From NCBI GenBank assembly GCA_965237675.1, contig OZ250150.1, positions 352,001 through 416,000 on the forward strand: DNA of 64,000 nucleotides, written 5' to 3'. The DNA is from Candidatus Latescibacterota bacterium. GTDB lineage: Bacteria > Latescibacterota > UBA2968 > GCA-2709665. Within the stretch, counting starts at the first letter, position 1; each line of letters begins with the position of its first letter. Made by a program: the position numbers and the translations under genes. Below, in pieces: positions 30,521 through 39,820 of the stretch. The notes beneath the pieces are model-generated. The model saw only the letters and a list, made by a program, of their open reading frames with translations, was not told where the DNA came from and did no database searches.

Positions 30521-30856
30521 CTATTTCCTGTCGTACGCACCTTGCCGATGGTCCATATCTACCACATATATCCGTCCCGAAAACCGTTTGTAGAAAATCC
30601 GATACGGCCTTTTTTCGATTCTGAACATGGGGTCATTGGCAGGACGCCCCTGTATCTTTTTCGATCCCCTCCTGTTAAGCGGATCTTTAAGCGATTCGAT
30701 CTTTTCAACAGCAGAACGTCTCACCTTTGGTTGCAAAGTATCCAAGAACTCCCGAACAACATCCCGGATTACAATCTCTTGCTCTACGGGTTCACGTTGC
30801 CCTGTATTTTCTGGCGAGTTTTGCGCTTTCCTGGATCCTCCACGTGCTTCATTCAC
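30521..30856 (-). CDS. RelE/ParE superfamily toxin
   Basis: FLDTLQPKVRR, SKKIQG, FRI...YRIFY, HRQGAY; GTGA overlap with upstream gene. Confidence 0.75.
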   Translation of the reverse strand: MNEARGGSRKAQNSPENTGQREPVEQEIVIRDVVREFLDTLQPKVRRSAVEKIESLKDPLNRRGSKKIQGRPANDPMFRIEKRPYRIFYKRFSGRIYVVDMDHRQGAYDRK

Positions 30857-31059
30857 CGACTTTCCCTCTTCACCTTTTCAAAATATCGCCGCGTCTCCTC
30901 AGCCGAAAGCATCCTGCTCTTTCCCGTCCGAAGCTCCTCGTCAATCTCTAAAGACCGGGCCAGAAACGGGTCTTCCTCTTGCTCCGCAATAACGTCCTTC
31001 GGACGCTCGCCACGCTTGACGCGTTCTATCCACCCCAATACGACATCAGCAACGCCCAT
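30853..31059 (-). CDS. Putative antitoxin for the RelE-like toxin
   Basis: 68-aa charged ORF translationally coupled directly upstream of the toxin. Confidence 0.6.
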   Translation of the reverse strand: MGVADVVLGWIERVKRGERPKDVIAEQEEDPFLARSLEIDEELRTGKSRMLSAEETRRYFEKVKRESR

Positions 31060-31104
31060 TACGACCCCCTCTCGTTATCCTTACTCAGAAACCACTCTAT
31101 TCCC

Positions 31105-31224
31105 TCACCCAAGCCCCCAGAATCGTCGTTCATGCCCTCGCCCGTGTTCTGTGTGACCCGCAATAACCGCCTCGGCGTCCTCACCCGCCCTCGCGCGTTC
31201 GACCATCTCCAGTTTATTGTTCAT
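31105..31224 (-). CDS. 39-aa ORF resembling the antitoxin N-terminus
   Basis: GGAGG RBS; MNNKLEMVERARAGEDAEAVIA vs antitoxin LGWIERVKRGERPKDVIA. Confidence 0.4.
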   Translation of the reverse strand: MNNKLEMVERARAGEDAEAVIAGHTEHGRGHERRFWGLG

Positions 31225-31411
31225 AATATAACCTCCAACGATAGATTTCCAAAAATTCTCGCATCTTGTCAAGTGTGAATGTTAAATTGCCTTCCGCCGC
31301 GTCAACCCGACCAGTATCTGGATCCTTGACACCCACAACAACTTCATAGTCAGGTAACAAAGAAATGGCTCCGGTCCTGCCGCCAGCTAACCGCCTTCAA
31401 CAGAGTGTTGC

Positions 31412-31573
31412 CTATGACTTTTCTCGCTGCACACGTTCCTTTTCTTCCTGGACCATCTCGTCTCGCTGATTCGACGCGAGGAAATCCTCCCAACCAGGCT
31501 TCGAGGGATCGGTTACAAGATTTACTTTTGCCTGGTTTGTGGAGACTGTAAACGTCAACGTTGTCTCAGTCAT
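31412..31573 (-). CDS. 53-aa hypothetical protein
   Basis: GGAGG RBS; ATGA overlap with the protease-remnant stop; MTETTLTFTVSTNQAKVNLVTDPSKPGWEDFL... Confidence 0.45.
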   Translation of the reverse strand: MTETTLTFTVSTNQAKVNLVTDPSKPGWEDFLASNQRDEMVQEEKERVQREKS

Positions 31574-31994
31574 TTTTCAATGTCCTCCGTGTAATACATA
31601 ATGCTGTGGGCATCTAAAAAATCCCTTATTGTCTCAATGTGTACGGCCCTCCCAACGTTCAAGACCTGGTTACGACCGGCACCTTGAAACCCGATAGGGT
31701 AATGGTGGGTGTTTACTTGAATGCCACATATGAGACCGTCAGAATCAGCCAATGGCCCACCACTTTGTCCCTTTAGCAGTCCGTTGATAAAGTTGCTCTG
31801 CAGGCGAGGCCGAGCAATTGTGACCGAAGACAAGGCGCGCGACCGAGTCGAATCGGGGGATACGGGGAGGAAGCGCAACGCTGTAATTCTGCCACAAAAG
31901 CCGGCCGCAGCCCGGATGGACTTTTTCAACGGGCTGTTAGACCCGGCGAACTCGTTTCGATCCCGGTTGCCACGTGTCGCAAAATCGGGTCCAT
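31570..31994 (-). pseudogene. Trypsin-like serine protease C-terminal remnant interrupted by a MITE
   Basis: Removing 31777-31936 plus one TSD restores IETSSPGLKGQSGGPLADSDGLICGI; the His/Asp-bearing N-terminal part is absent. Confidence 0.75.
31777..31936. mobile_element. MITE, family B (160 bp)
   Basis: Imperfect TIRs CAGTCCGTTGATAA...TTTTCAACGGGCTG; exact 4-bp TSD TTAG at 31773-31776 and 31937-31940. Confidence 0.85.
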
Positions 31995-31998
31995 CCTT

Positions 31999-32341
31999 TC
32001 AGGTAAATGGACATTCGACAGCGACATTCTCCCCCGTTTCTTCGGCCTTTCGGATGGCGTCGGCCACGGCCACGGCGGCGACCATGTCGTCTCCCAGGGG
32101 ATGCGGCCGGCCCGTGCGGACCATTTCTTTGACGTGTTCGAGGATCACAGCAGACCCCTCGCAGGCATTGAAGTCGTTGAGAACCAGGCCCTGGATGGCG
32201 CCCTCGGGGCCGAATACGTGAGTGAACATCTCCGTGAAGCGGAAGTTGGAGACGCAGGGGATCGTGCTGGTCCATCTGCGCGCCGAACCACATCCCATGC
32301 ATATCGCAGCGAATAATCCCCGTGCGGATCTTATCTGACAA
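31999..32341 (-). pseudogene. Probable Gfo/Idh/MocA-like oxidoreductase collapsed to N- and C-terminal stubs
   Basis: N-terminal KIRTGIIRCDMHG in one frame; C-terminal MVRTGRPHP..MVAAVAVADAIRKAEETGENV in another; core missing. Confidence 0.6.
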
Positions 32342-32467
32342 GGGAAAAAAGCCTTTCGTCTATGGAACCCAAATTACAATGGAAACAGACGGTAGCAGAC
32401 CGGACTCAATGGGATTTCAGAATGCCTGGAGCAAAGTGACAACCTCAGAGCAAAAGAATGGTCCGTG

Positions 32468-32836
32468 CTATAGCTCCAATGCGTCAGCCGTCCGAATGAC
32501 GAAATATTTCTTTACTGGCTGCGAGACGTGCCAGTGGGTCTTGAGTCCCGCCGGAAAGTGGACGGTATCGCCCGGCCCAAGTGAGTAGCTTTCGCCCCCG
32601 TCTTCTTCAATGGTTACGCTGCCCTCGAAGATGTGGGCGAATTCGTCCCATCCGAAGGTCCATTCGAATTTCCCTTCGCTGCATTGCCAGTAACCGCTCG
32701 AAACCTTCTTGTCGGCGCTCTGGGTAACGATGGTGCCGCGGGCCGTCGGATCGCCTTCATGAATCCAGTCGGGATCGATGGGCATGGCGGGCAGATCTTC
32801 AGGCATGGCGGTGGTTTTTATCTTCAGCTGGTCCAT
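32468..32836 (-). CDS. Cupin domain protein (DUF861/EutQ-like)
   Basis: GYWQCSEGKF..DEFAHIFEG..GPGDTVHFPAG. Confidence 0.88.
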   Translation of the reverse strand: MDQLKIKTTAMPEDLPAMPIDPDWIHEGDPTARGTIVTQSADKKVSSGYWQCSEGKFEWTFGWDEFAHIFEGSVTIEEDGGESYSLGPGDTVHFPAGLKTHWHVSQPVKKYFVIRTADALEL

Positions 32837-33039
32837 GTTGCGCTCCTTGTCTGTGGTATCGTCAGGTGGTCAATTCCGGGGATCATTCAAGACCCTGCTC
32901 CCTGTCACTGCCGCGCCGCAATCAGGGGGACGCGGTTTTCTCGCATGATCGGCATGGTCGTTCCAGGTGTCAACAGGATTGTCTTCAGGTTTTGGAAAAC
33001 ACCGGACCGGTTTCCGCCGACCGCCGGAGCGCGATGCAC

Positions 33040-34050
33040 CTACAACGCCAGGATTTCCTCCCAGCAGCCTTCTGCGACCGGGACGCCCAACTCGAGGTTC
33101 TCCTCTCGGGTCCGGAACATCCGCTCGCCGGGATACGACACGGGCTCGCTGCCGTCGAGCGATTCGGCGGCGTGAAAGTCGCCCAGCGTCTGATCCACCA
33201 ATTCGCGCATCCGGTCTCCGGCCACAGCGGCGGCATGGATAGCAAAAAAGACCTGGGAGACACCGTATTCGGCCTCCTCCTGAGCGATCTGAAACGTGGA
33301 ACGGCCCCCCGACAGCAGCGAGGCAACCAGATCCAGCGACATCGCGAGTCCGATCCCTTTCCAGTGACCGATGGGCAGCGGACGGCGAGCAGCCTGGATG
33401 GCGCCGGGGTCGTATGACAGGTTTCCGCTGTTGTCGTATCCCCCGGGGACCGGGAGTCGCCGGTTGGCTTTGCGATATACGTCGAGTTTGCCGTCGGAGT
33501 ACTGGCTCATCGCCATGTCCAGAAGAAAATGACGGCCTTCCGGGCGGGGAATGGAGAAAACCAGGGGATTGTTGCCCACCTTGCGTTCGGCGGAACCGAA
33601 CGGGGGGATAAGCTGGGTGGTATTGGTCCAGCAGATGCCGATACAGCCCGCGTCAGCAGCCCTCAGGCCGTAGGTTCCGGCCCGCATCCAGTGGTTGGTG
33701 TTTCTGAGGGTCACACAGCCGAGACCGTGTTCTTTTGCGACTTCAACGGCGCGGTCCATGCACACGCAGGCGTTGAGGATACCGGGGCCCAGTTTTCCGT
33801 CCCACTGTTCCAGCACGCCGAAGCCAGCCGCTTTTTCGGGTTCGGCGCGGAGGTCCATGCCCTTGCCGGAAGGGGCGTGCCTGGCAAATGCCGGGAACCG
33901 GTTGACGCCGTGGGAATAGACGCCGTCGCGGGTGGTTTCGGCGAAAATTCTCGCGCAACGTTCGGCGCGTTCGGTCGTGAAGCCGACTTTGAGCAGAACG
34001 CGGTTCAGTTCCGCCACCATCGCGTCAAATTGGATACGGCGCATTTCCAT
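33040..34050 (-). CDS. yiaK: 3-dehydro-L-gulonate 2-dehydrogenase (Ldh_2 family)
   Basis: GVYSHGVNRFP, LRNTNHWMR, GNNPL, DMAMSQYS, PIGHWKG. Confidence 0.85.
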   Translation of the reverse strand: MEMRRIQFDAMVAELNRVLLKVGFTTERAERCARIFAETTRDGVYSHGVNRFPAFARHAPSGKGMDLRAEPEKAAGFGVLEQWDGKLGPGILNACVCMDRAVEVAKEHGLGCVTLRNTNHWMRAGTYGLRAADAGCIGICWTNTTQLIPPFGSAERKVGNNPLVFSIPRPEGRHFLLDMAMSQYSDGKLDVYRKANRRLPVPGGYDNSGNLSYDPGAIQAARRPLPIGHWKGIGLAMSLDLVASLLSGGRSTFQIAQEEAEYGVSQVFFAIHAAAVAGDRMRELVDQTLGDFHAAESLDGSEPVSYPGERMFRTREENLELGVPVAEGCWEEILAL

Positions 34051-34239
34051 CGTGCCATTAACCTTGATTCGTAATTATTCGGGGACCTAAATATCGAATA
34101 TACACAGAAGAACAAAGGCGAATTGATGTCGAAGTTCCAGGATGCTTGAGGTCACTGGACCTGAACGGAAAATTCATCCATTTGAACGACCTCAATACCC
34201 CGTTTCTGAAGTTTTCGCCCGCGGTGTTGCCTCGCTGTA

Positions 34240-34434
34240 TTTTTCGAATTGAGGCTAATTGCCACAAAAGGCACAAAAACAGCTATCCTGTTACAGGGCG
34301 TATAGCCGAGAGTCAACGAAATAACTGCAGGATCACGGAGTTGCGACACACGCCGTTTCGCACCGATACCTTCTGTGCCTTTTGTGCTTTTTGTGGCCAA
34401 TTTAGCGGTTATCTTTTTTCGAATTGAGGTTAAT
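34240..34434. repeat. Palindromic GCCACAAAAGGCACAAAA element between ~19-bp direct repeats
   Basis: Arms 34257-34279 and 34381-34402 are near reverse complements; TTTTCGAATTGAGG(C/T)TAAT occurs on both sides. Confidence 0.7.
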
Positions 34435-34837
34435 CCCTCTCGGTGTAACCCAGGACAACGAGCAGGCATGGACCGCCCGAGACGACCGCAATGCCGGCGT
34501 CTTGAGCATCTTCAACGGCTTTTTGGCTCTCGGCGCCGGGCTGCATCCAGATGTACTCAATGCCGGCGTCCGCTGCTTGCGTGACAATCCCTTCCGTAAC
34601 TTCGGGCGGTGTGATAACGGAAATACGCGCCACCGGTTCGGGCAGCGCGGCGAGATTGGGAAAGGCTTTATGACCTTCGATTTCATCGGAATCCGGATTG
34701 ATTGGAAACACTTTCAGGTCGTGCTGCATATAACATCGCAGGACCTTGTTGCCGTACTTTGAACGGTCGGTTGAAGCGCCGACGACGGCATAGGGACCGG
34801 TCTGCAGAAATGCGTCGATCTTCTCATCGAGTGTCAC
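34430..34837 (-). CDS. CoA-binding protein (YccU-like)
   Basis: AVVGASTDRSKYG, PINP, WMQPGAES, CLLV. Confidence 0.9.
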   Translation of the reverse strand: MTLDEKIDAFLQTGPYAVVGASTDRSKYGNKVLRCYMQHDLKVFPINPDSDEIEGHKAFPNLAALPEPVARISVITPPEVTEGIVTQAADAGIEYIWMQPGAESQKAVEDAQDAGIAVVSGGPCLLVVLGYTERD

Positions 34838-34872
34838 GGGCGTTCTCCCCGGCGGTGTGGATTCGTGAATGG

Positions 34873-35325
34873 CTAAATATCCTCATATCGCGGCAGGTGG
34901 TCCAGGAAGCAGTAGCTTCGTCGTTTGCGGTCGAGGACGTAACAGTAATGGGTGATGCCATTTGTCACCACCAGATAATTCGTTCCGACAGACGTGTTGT
35001 ATCGGGCGATCTGATCGAACACGTCCTGTTTGATTTTCACGTCGGGCGCCTTGCATTCGGCCATGAGAACGGGTTCTCCCCTGCTGTTGTAGACAATGAC
35101 GTCAGCGCGGTGTTGGATGCCCCCATGCGTAATGCCCGATTCGACAGCGGTTCGGCCCGCGGGAAATCCCAGATCCTTGACAAGGTGCTGCACGAGGTTC
35201 TGGCGAACCCATTCCTCGGGCGTGAGTCGCACATATTTCCGGCGAAGCGGATCGAAAATCGTCCTCTTGCCGCCGGTGGCGCGAATGTCAAAGTCATACC
35301 GCCGGGGAAAATTCAGACGTTGCAT
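34873..35325 (-). CDS. Stand-alone type I restriction enzyme HsdR N-terminal domain protein
   Basis: IFDPLRRKYVRLTPEEWVRQ, RAD..ECK, QIARYN, TNG. Confidence 0.85.
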   Translation of the reverse strand: MQRLNFPRRYDFDIRATGGKRTIFDPLRRKYVRLTPEEWVRQNLVQHLVKDLGFPAGRTAVESGITHGGIQHRADVIVYNSRGEPVLMAECKAPDVKIKQDVFDQIARYNTSVGTNYLVVTNGITHYCYVLDRKRRSYCFLDHLPRYEDI

Positions 35326-35436
35326 GGAAATCCGAAAGTAAGCAATAACGCCCTGGCGTAAAACACTCGAATTGCGTGTTGTCAATGGATTCGAGTCGAA
35401 TCCCGGCAGATCGCAAGCCGTCCGGGAAGGGTTCCT

Positions 35437-36597
35437 TCAGCGAGCGAGCCAGAGTTCGGGTTGTTCAATGTGGTGGCGAATCGTGTCCAGGAACCGGGCG
35501 GCAGGGGCCCCGTCGACGATGCGGTGGTCGAAGGTGAGACTCAGAGCGACCATGTCCCGGGGTACAACCCGGCCTTCGTGTACCGCCGGTTTGGAGACGA
35601 TCCGGCCCACGCCCAGAATGGCGCACTGCGGCAGGTTGATGATGGGGGTAAAGGTGTCGATTCCGTACGCGCCCAGGTTTGTGACGGTAAACGTGCCGCC
35701 GCGAAGATGCTCCGGATTGAGGTCTCCCTGCTTCGCCTTCTGCACCAATTCCGCGGTTTCGCCGGCGAGCGTTTCCAGGTCTTTGTGAATAACGTCCCTG
35801 ACGACAGGGACCAGAAGCCCGGTGGGGGCGTCTACGGCAATCCCGATGTGGATCCCGTCGTGTACGACGAGGGCTGCATCCTCCCAGGATGTATTCATAA
35901 CGGGATGGTCGGCCAGGGCGAATGCCGTCAGTTTCAGGATCACGTCGTTGTATGTCAGGAAGGGGATGTTGAGTTTGGCGCGCAACGCCACGAGTCCGGT
36001 GGCGTCCGCTTCGGTGGTGAGCGTTACGGGCGCGGTTGTGGCGTGACTCTCCGTCAGGCGCCGCGCAATGACCCGCCGGACAGAAATTTCGGCTTTGTCT
36101 CGGGATTTCGTCGAGGTCGCGGCCCGGACGTCGCGTTCGACAATGCGGCCATTTCGACCGCTGCCCTGGAGCGTATTCCAATCGACACCCAGTTCGTTCG
36201 CCAGGCGGAGCGCCCGGGGGCTGATCGGGGGTCGATTTTTCCTGGCTTGCGTACGATCGGCGCGAGGTTGGGGTGGGGCGGCTTGTTGGAGTCCGGCTTC
36301 CGATTCCTGTTCGTTTTCGGGCCTGGCGTGTGTCTCGGCGGGAGGTTGTTCGCCCGGCTCCAGAAGGAAGCCCAGCAACGTGCCGATGGGTACGGTGTCG
36401 CCCGGTTGGGGCGTGTCGGGCGGGATGAACAGGGTGCCGCTGTCGAAGGACTCGATTTCATTTATCGCTTTGTCGCTTTCAACGGTAAAGATGATTTCTC
36501 CCGATTCAATCGTATCCCCGTTCTGCTTGAGCCACTCGACGAGGGTGCCTTCCTCCATGGTCCATCCCAGACGGGGCATGACGATTTCAATGGGCAT
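35437..36597 (-). CDS. 2-oxoacid dehydrogenase E2 (dihydrolipoamide acyltransferase)
   Basis: Lipoyl motif ESDKA; E3/E1-binding region GSGRNGRI; catalytic DHRIVDG. Confidence 0.92.
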   Translation of the reverse strand: MPIEIVMPRLGWTMEEGTLVEWLKQNGDTIESGEIIFTVESDKAINEIESFDSGTLFIPPDTPQPGDTVPIGTLLGFLLEPGEQPPAETHARPENEQESEAGLQQAAPPQPRADRTQARKNRPPISPRALRLANELGVDWNTLQGSGRNGRIVERDVRAATSTKSRDKAEISVRRVIARRLTESHATTAPVTLTTEADATGLVALRAKLNIPFLTYNDVILKLTAFALADHPVMNTSWEDAALVVHDGIHIGIAVDAPTGLLVPVVRDVIHKDLETLAGETAELVQKAKQGDLNPEHLRGGTFTVTNLGAYGIDTFTPIINLPQCAILGVGRIVSKPAVHEGRVVPRDMVALSLTFDHRIVDGAPAARFLDTIRHHIEQPELWLAR

Positions 36598-36751
36598 GGG
36601 AATCGACCTTCCGAAGACGTTAAGGAAACGAGCGGGAAGAGGTTGGCGCATTTCTGCTTCGGTGCATCCCTTCTCGCTAGGTTGTTTACGCCGCCTGCGT
36701 TGCCTGCGCTGCATTTTTCGAAGCCTTCCGGTCGAAACGCGCATGCCGAAA

Positions 36752-36887
36752 CGTGGTCATTGAGCTTGTCGAAATGCCCGCGTTTCGCTACCCCTCGGCG
36801 GCCTCAGGGGAACGGCTCAGGGTGCACCGTTTGGCGCTCTTCACTGCCTTTCGCCGACCCTTCGACAAACTCAGGGAGCGGCTCAGG
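36752..36887. repeat. REP-like TGAGCTTGTCGAA / TTCGACAAACTCAGG inverted element inside the operon
   Basis: Inverted arms 36761-36773 and 36861-36873; the left part recurs at 57286-57349. Confidence 0.7.
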
Positions 36888-36938
36888 TCGTAGGTGCCTT
36901 TTTAGCCGGGCGACTCGTCGCCTTCCTCGCCGCCGCGA

Positions 36939-37916
36939 CTATTCCTCCATCAGGTCGCGGATGGCCTGCAAAATGGTTTCCGGTTGAGGTGTGCAGGCCG
37001 CCTCCAACGGGGCGCTGTACGGCGTAGGTGCATGCGCGCCGTTGAGGCGGCCTATCGGCGCGTCAAGGTCGTCGAACGCCAGACTCTGAATCTGAGCGGC
37101 GATTTCAGCGCCGATGCCGCAGGGACCGAAGGCCTCGTCCACAATCAGAACGCGGCCGGTTTTTTGCACGGATTCCAGAATTGTATCCATGTCCAACGGC
37201 GCCACCGTGCGCGGGTCGATGAGTTCAACGGAGATGCCCTCCGCGGCGAGTGGGTCGCAGAGTTTCCATGTAACGGGAACCATGTTGGCAAACGCGATAA
37301 CGGTGAGGTCCCTGCCCTCGCGGCGGACCTCGGCCTGCCCGAACGGGATGGCGTATTCCGTTTCCGGTACGGGACCCCTGTGGTTGAGGATGGACTTGTG
37401 TTCCAGGAAGAGAACGGGATCATGTCCCTCCAGGGCGGTTTTGAACAGGCCCTTGGCATCGTACGGCGTGGCGGGCAAGGCCACGCGGAAACCGGGCAGA
37501 TGAGCGAAAATGGGATAGTAATTTCCGGAATGGTGGGTGGCGGCGGCGCCCCCGATGCCGATGCAGCCTCGGAGAATAACGGGCATGGAAAGGCGGCCGC
37601 TGCTCATGTATTGCATTTTGGCGACCTGGTTGACCATCTCGCCGAAGCCGTCCAGGATGAAGTCGATAAACATGAAATCGACCACGGGCCGCGCGCCGGC
37701 CATGGCCGCGCCCGTGCAAAGGCCGATGAATCCGCGCTCGCAAATCGGGGTATCGCACACGCGCATGGGACCGTAGAGGTCGTAAAGTCCGGTGGTGGTG
37801 TTGAAGTTGCCGCCGCGTTTGCCGACGCCCTCGCCGACGACGAAGATGGTCGGGTCCGCCGCCATGGCTTCGGACAGGGCTTCGCGGGCGGCTTCCGTAA
37901 AAGTGATTTCACGCAT
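36939..37916 (-). CDS. 2-oxoacid/acetoin dehydrogenase E1 beta subunit
   Basis: DTPICERG, ATHHS, PATPYDAKGL, DPVLFLEHK, IDPRT. Confidence 0.92.
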   Translation of the reverse strand: MREITFTEAAREALSEAMAADPTIFVVGEGVGKRGGNFNTTTGLYDLYGPMRVCDTPICERGFIGLCTGAAMAGARPVVDFMFIDFILDGFGEMVNQVAKMQYMSSGRLSMPVILRGCIGIGGAAATHHSGNYYPIFAHLPGFRVALPATPYDAKGLFKTALEGHDPVLFLEHKSILNHRGPVPETEYAIPFGQAEVRREGRDLTVIAFANMVPVTWKLCDPLAAEGISVELIDPRTVAPLDMDTILESVQKTGRVLIVDEAFGPCGIGAEIAAQIQSLAFDDLDAPIGRLNGAHAPTPYSAPLEAACTPQPETILQAIRDLMEE

Positions 37917-37927
37917 GGGTTCGCTTC

Positions 37928-38899
37928 CTATCCACTGAAGACGTAGTCCGTAACCGTGGCGGGATCCGGCCAGGGGCTTTTCCTGGCAAACTCGACGCCC
38001 GCTTCAACGGCTTCTCGGATTTCCCGCTCGATCCGTTGAAGTCCTTCGGCGTTGACAATGTCTTGATCGAGCAGTTTGTCCGCCAGCCGAGCGATGGGGT
38101 CCCGGGTTTTCCACGCGTCGACTTCGTCCCTTGTGCGGTAACCGGTATCTTGCATGCCCTCGGCGTGAGGACGGGTTCGGTAGGTTTTGCAATCCAACAG
38201 TGTGGGGCCGCCTCCCTCCCTCGCGCGAACCACGGCCTCGCCCGCTTTCTTGTTGACGTCGATGACGTCATTGCCGTCAACCGCAACGCCGGTTACGCCA
38301 TAACCCTCCGCGCGCTGGGCGATATTCGTATTGCGGGTGGCGTATTCAAAAGCGACTTCGGTGGCGTATCGATTGTCTTCCAGGACGAATAGGACGGGCA
38401 GTTGCCAGATGGCGGCCATGTTCAGGCCTTCGTGAAAGGCGCCGTTGTTGACGCCGCCGTCGCCAAAAAAGGCCACGCTGACCCGATCGGTTTGGAGCAT
38501 CCTGAACGTGTAGGCGGCCCCGGCAGCCTGAAGAATGCTGGGGCCCACGATGCCGCTGGTGCCCATCAGGCCGATTTCCGGCGAGAAAAGGTGCATGCTG
38601 CCGCCTCGGCCACGGGCGCACCCCGTGGATTTGCCGAAGAGTTCCGCGATGAGTTCCCCTATGGGCACGCCTTTGGCGAGCGCGTGGCCGTGGCCACGAT
38701 GGGTGCTGAAGATCGTGTCCTCGGTGCGCAGGTGGGCGCAGACCCCCGTTGCGATCGCCTCCTCGCCGACGTACGTGTGGCACGCGCCGGGGATGAGTCC
38801 GGCCTGGTATGACCTGGCAATCTGCTCCTCGGTGCGCCGGATCGTGAGCATCTGCCGGTAAAGGGAGAGGAGCAATTCAGGCCCCTGATTGGCTGACAT
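37928..38899 (-). CDS. 2-oxoacid/acetoin dehydrogenase E1 alpha subunit
   Basis: THRGHGH, GRGGSMH, TPP motif GDG...DN, TYRTRPH. Confidence 0.92.
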   Translation of the reverse strand: MSANQGPELLLSLYRQMLTIRRTEEQIARSYQAGLIPGACHTYVGEEAIATGVCAHLRTEDTIFSTHRGHGHALAKGVPIGELIAELFGKSTGCARGRGGSMHLFSPEIGLMGTSGIVGPSILQAAGAAYTFRMLQTDRVSVAFFGDGGVNNGAFHEGLNMAAIWQLPVLFVLEDNRYATEVAFEYATRNTNIAQRAEGYGVTGVAVDGNDVIDVNKKAGEAVVRAREGGGPTLLDCKTYRTRPHAEGMQDTGYRTRDEVDAWKTRDPIARLADKLLDQDIVNAEGLQRIEREIREAVEAGVEFARKSPWPDPATVTDYVFSG

Positions 38900-38945
38900 G
38901 GAGTTCCCCTGCTTGGTAGATGGGCGTAACGGGGCCGGACCCTGG

Positions 38946-39758
38946 CTATCCGCTGGCGATCGGGCCCCCGGGATAGGTGCCGCCCGCGTTCATCGCCAGG
39001 TTGCCGCCGTCCATCGGCAACAACACGCCGGTGATCCACGCGGACGCATCGGAGGCGAGGAAGATGGCAACGCCAACGATATCCTTCGGCTCTCCAAATC
39101 GGCCGGCGGGAATGCCGCCCAGCCATGTGTCGGCCATTCGGGGCTCGGCCCGCAGGCGTTTTTCCAGGAATTCATTCATGACCTGCGCGGGCAGGATGGC
39201 GTTCACACGCACCCCCCGGCCGCTCCACTCCGTGCTGAGTTCCCGCGTCATCTGCGCCACGGCGCCCATGCCAACGCTATACGCGATATGGCCACGGCCG
39301 ATAGCGGAGACGCTGGCCAGAGAGCCGATGTTGATAATGCTGCCCTTGCCAGCCGCGAGCATGCGCCTGCCCCCTTCCTGGCAGCAGCAGAAGCGGCCGA
39401 TGACGAGGGACTGCAGGCTCTGTTGAAGCTCGTCCATCGTGAGATCCTCCGGTCTTCTCACCATGGTTGCACCGGCAACGTTTCCCAGGACGTGAATGCG
39501 GCCGAATTCCTTGTCAAGGCGTTCGAACAGAGCGCGGACCTGGTCGGTATCGGAAACGTCGCACCGCACGGGGATGGCGCGTCGGCCCAGAGATTCGATC
39601 TTGTGTGCGGTTTCCTGCACACCGGGTTCATCGATGTCGGCCAGCATGAGGTCCGCGCCGGCTTCTGCAAAGCCGATGGCCATGGCTTTGCCCATACCCC
39701 TCGCAGCGCCCGAGACAAGCGCGACTCGGCCTTCGAGGTCAAAGATCGGATGAGACAT
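38946..39758 (-). CDS. SDR family oxidoreductase
   Basis: SGAARGMG, IINIGS, GVRVNAILP, DGG; active-site segment reads YSVGM rather than YxxxK. Confidence 0.85.
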   Translation of the reverse strand: MSHPIFDLEGRVALVSGAARGMGKAMAIGFAEAGADLMLADIDEPGVQETAHKIESLGRRAIPVRCDVSDTDQVRALFERLDKEFGRIHVLGNVAGATMVRRPEDLTMDELQQSLQSLVIGRFCCCQEGGRRMLAAGKGSIINIGSLASVSAIGRGHIAYSVGMGAVAQMTRELSTEWSGRGVRVNAILPAQVMNEFLEKRLRAEPRMADTWLGGIPAGRFGEPKDIVGVAIFLASDASAWITGVLLPMDGGNLAMNAGGTYPGGPIASG

Positions 39759-39820
39759 GGTCGATCTCCCTATGTGGGCCGCAAGGCGCGGCTTCCCGGC
39801 CCGATCCTGTTTCGGATCCG

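Noticed and set aside
34873-35325. Type I restriction-modification system
   Set aside because: Only the small stand-alone HsdR_N domain; no helicase, hsdM or hsdS.
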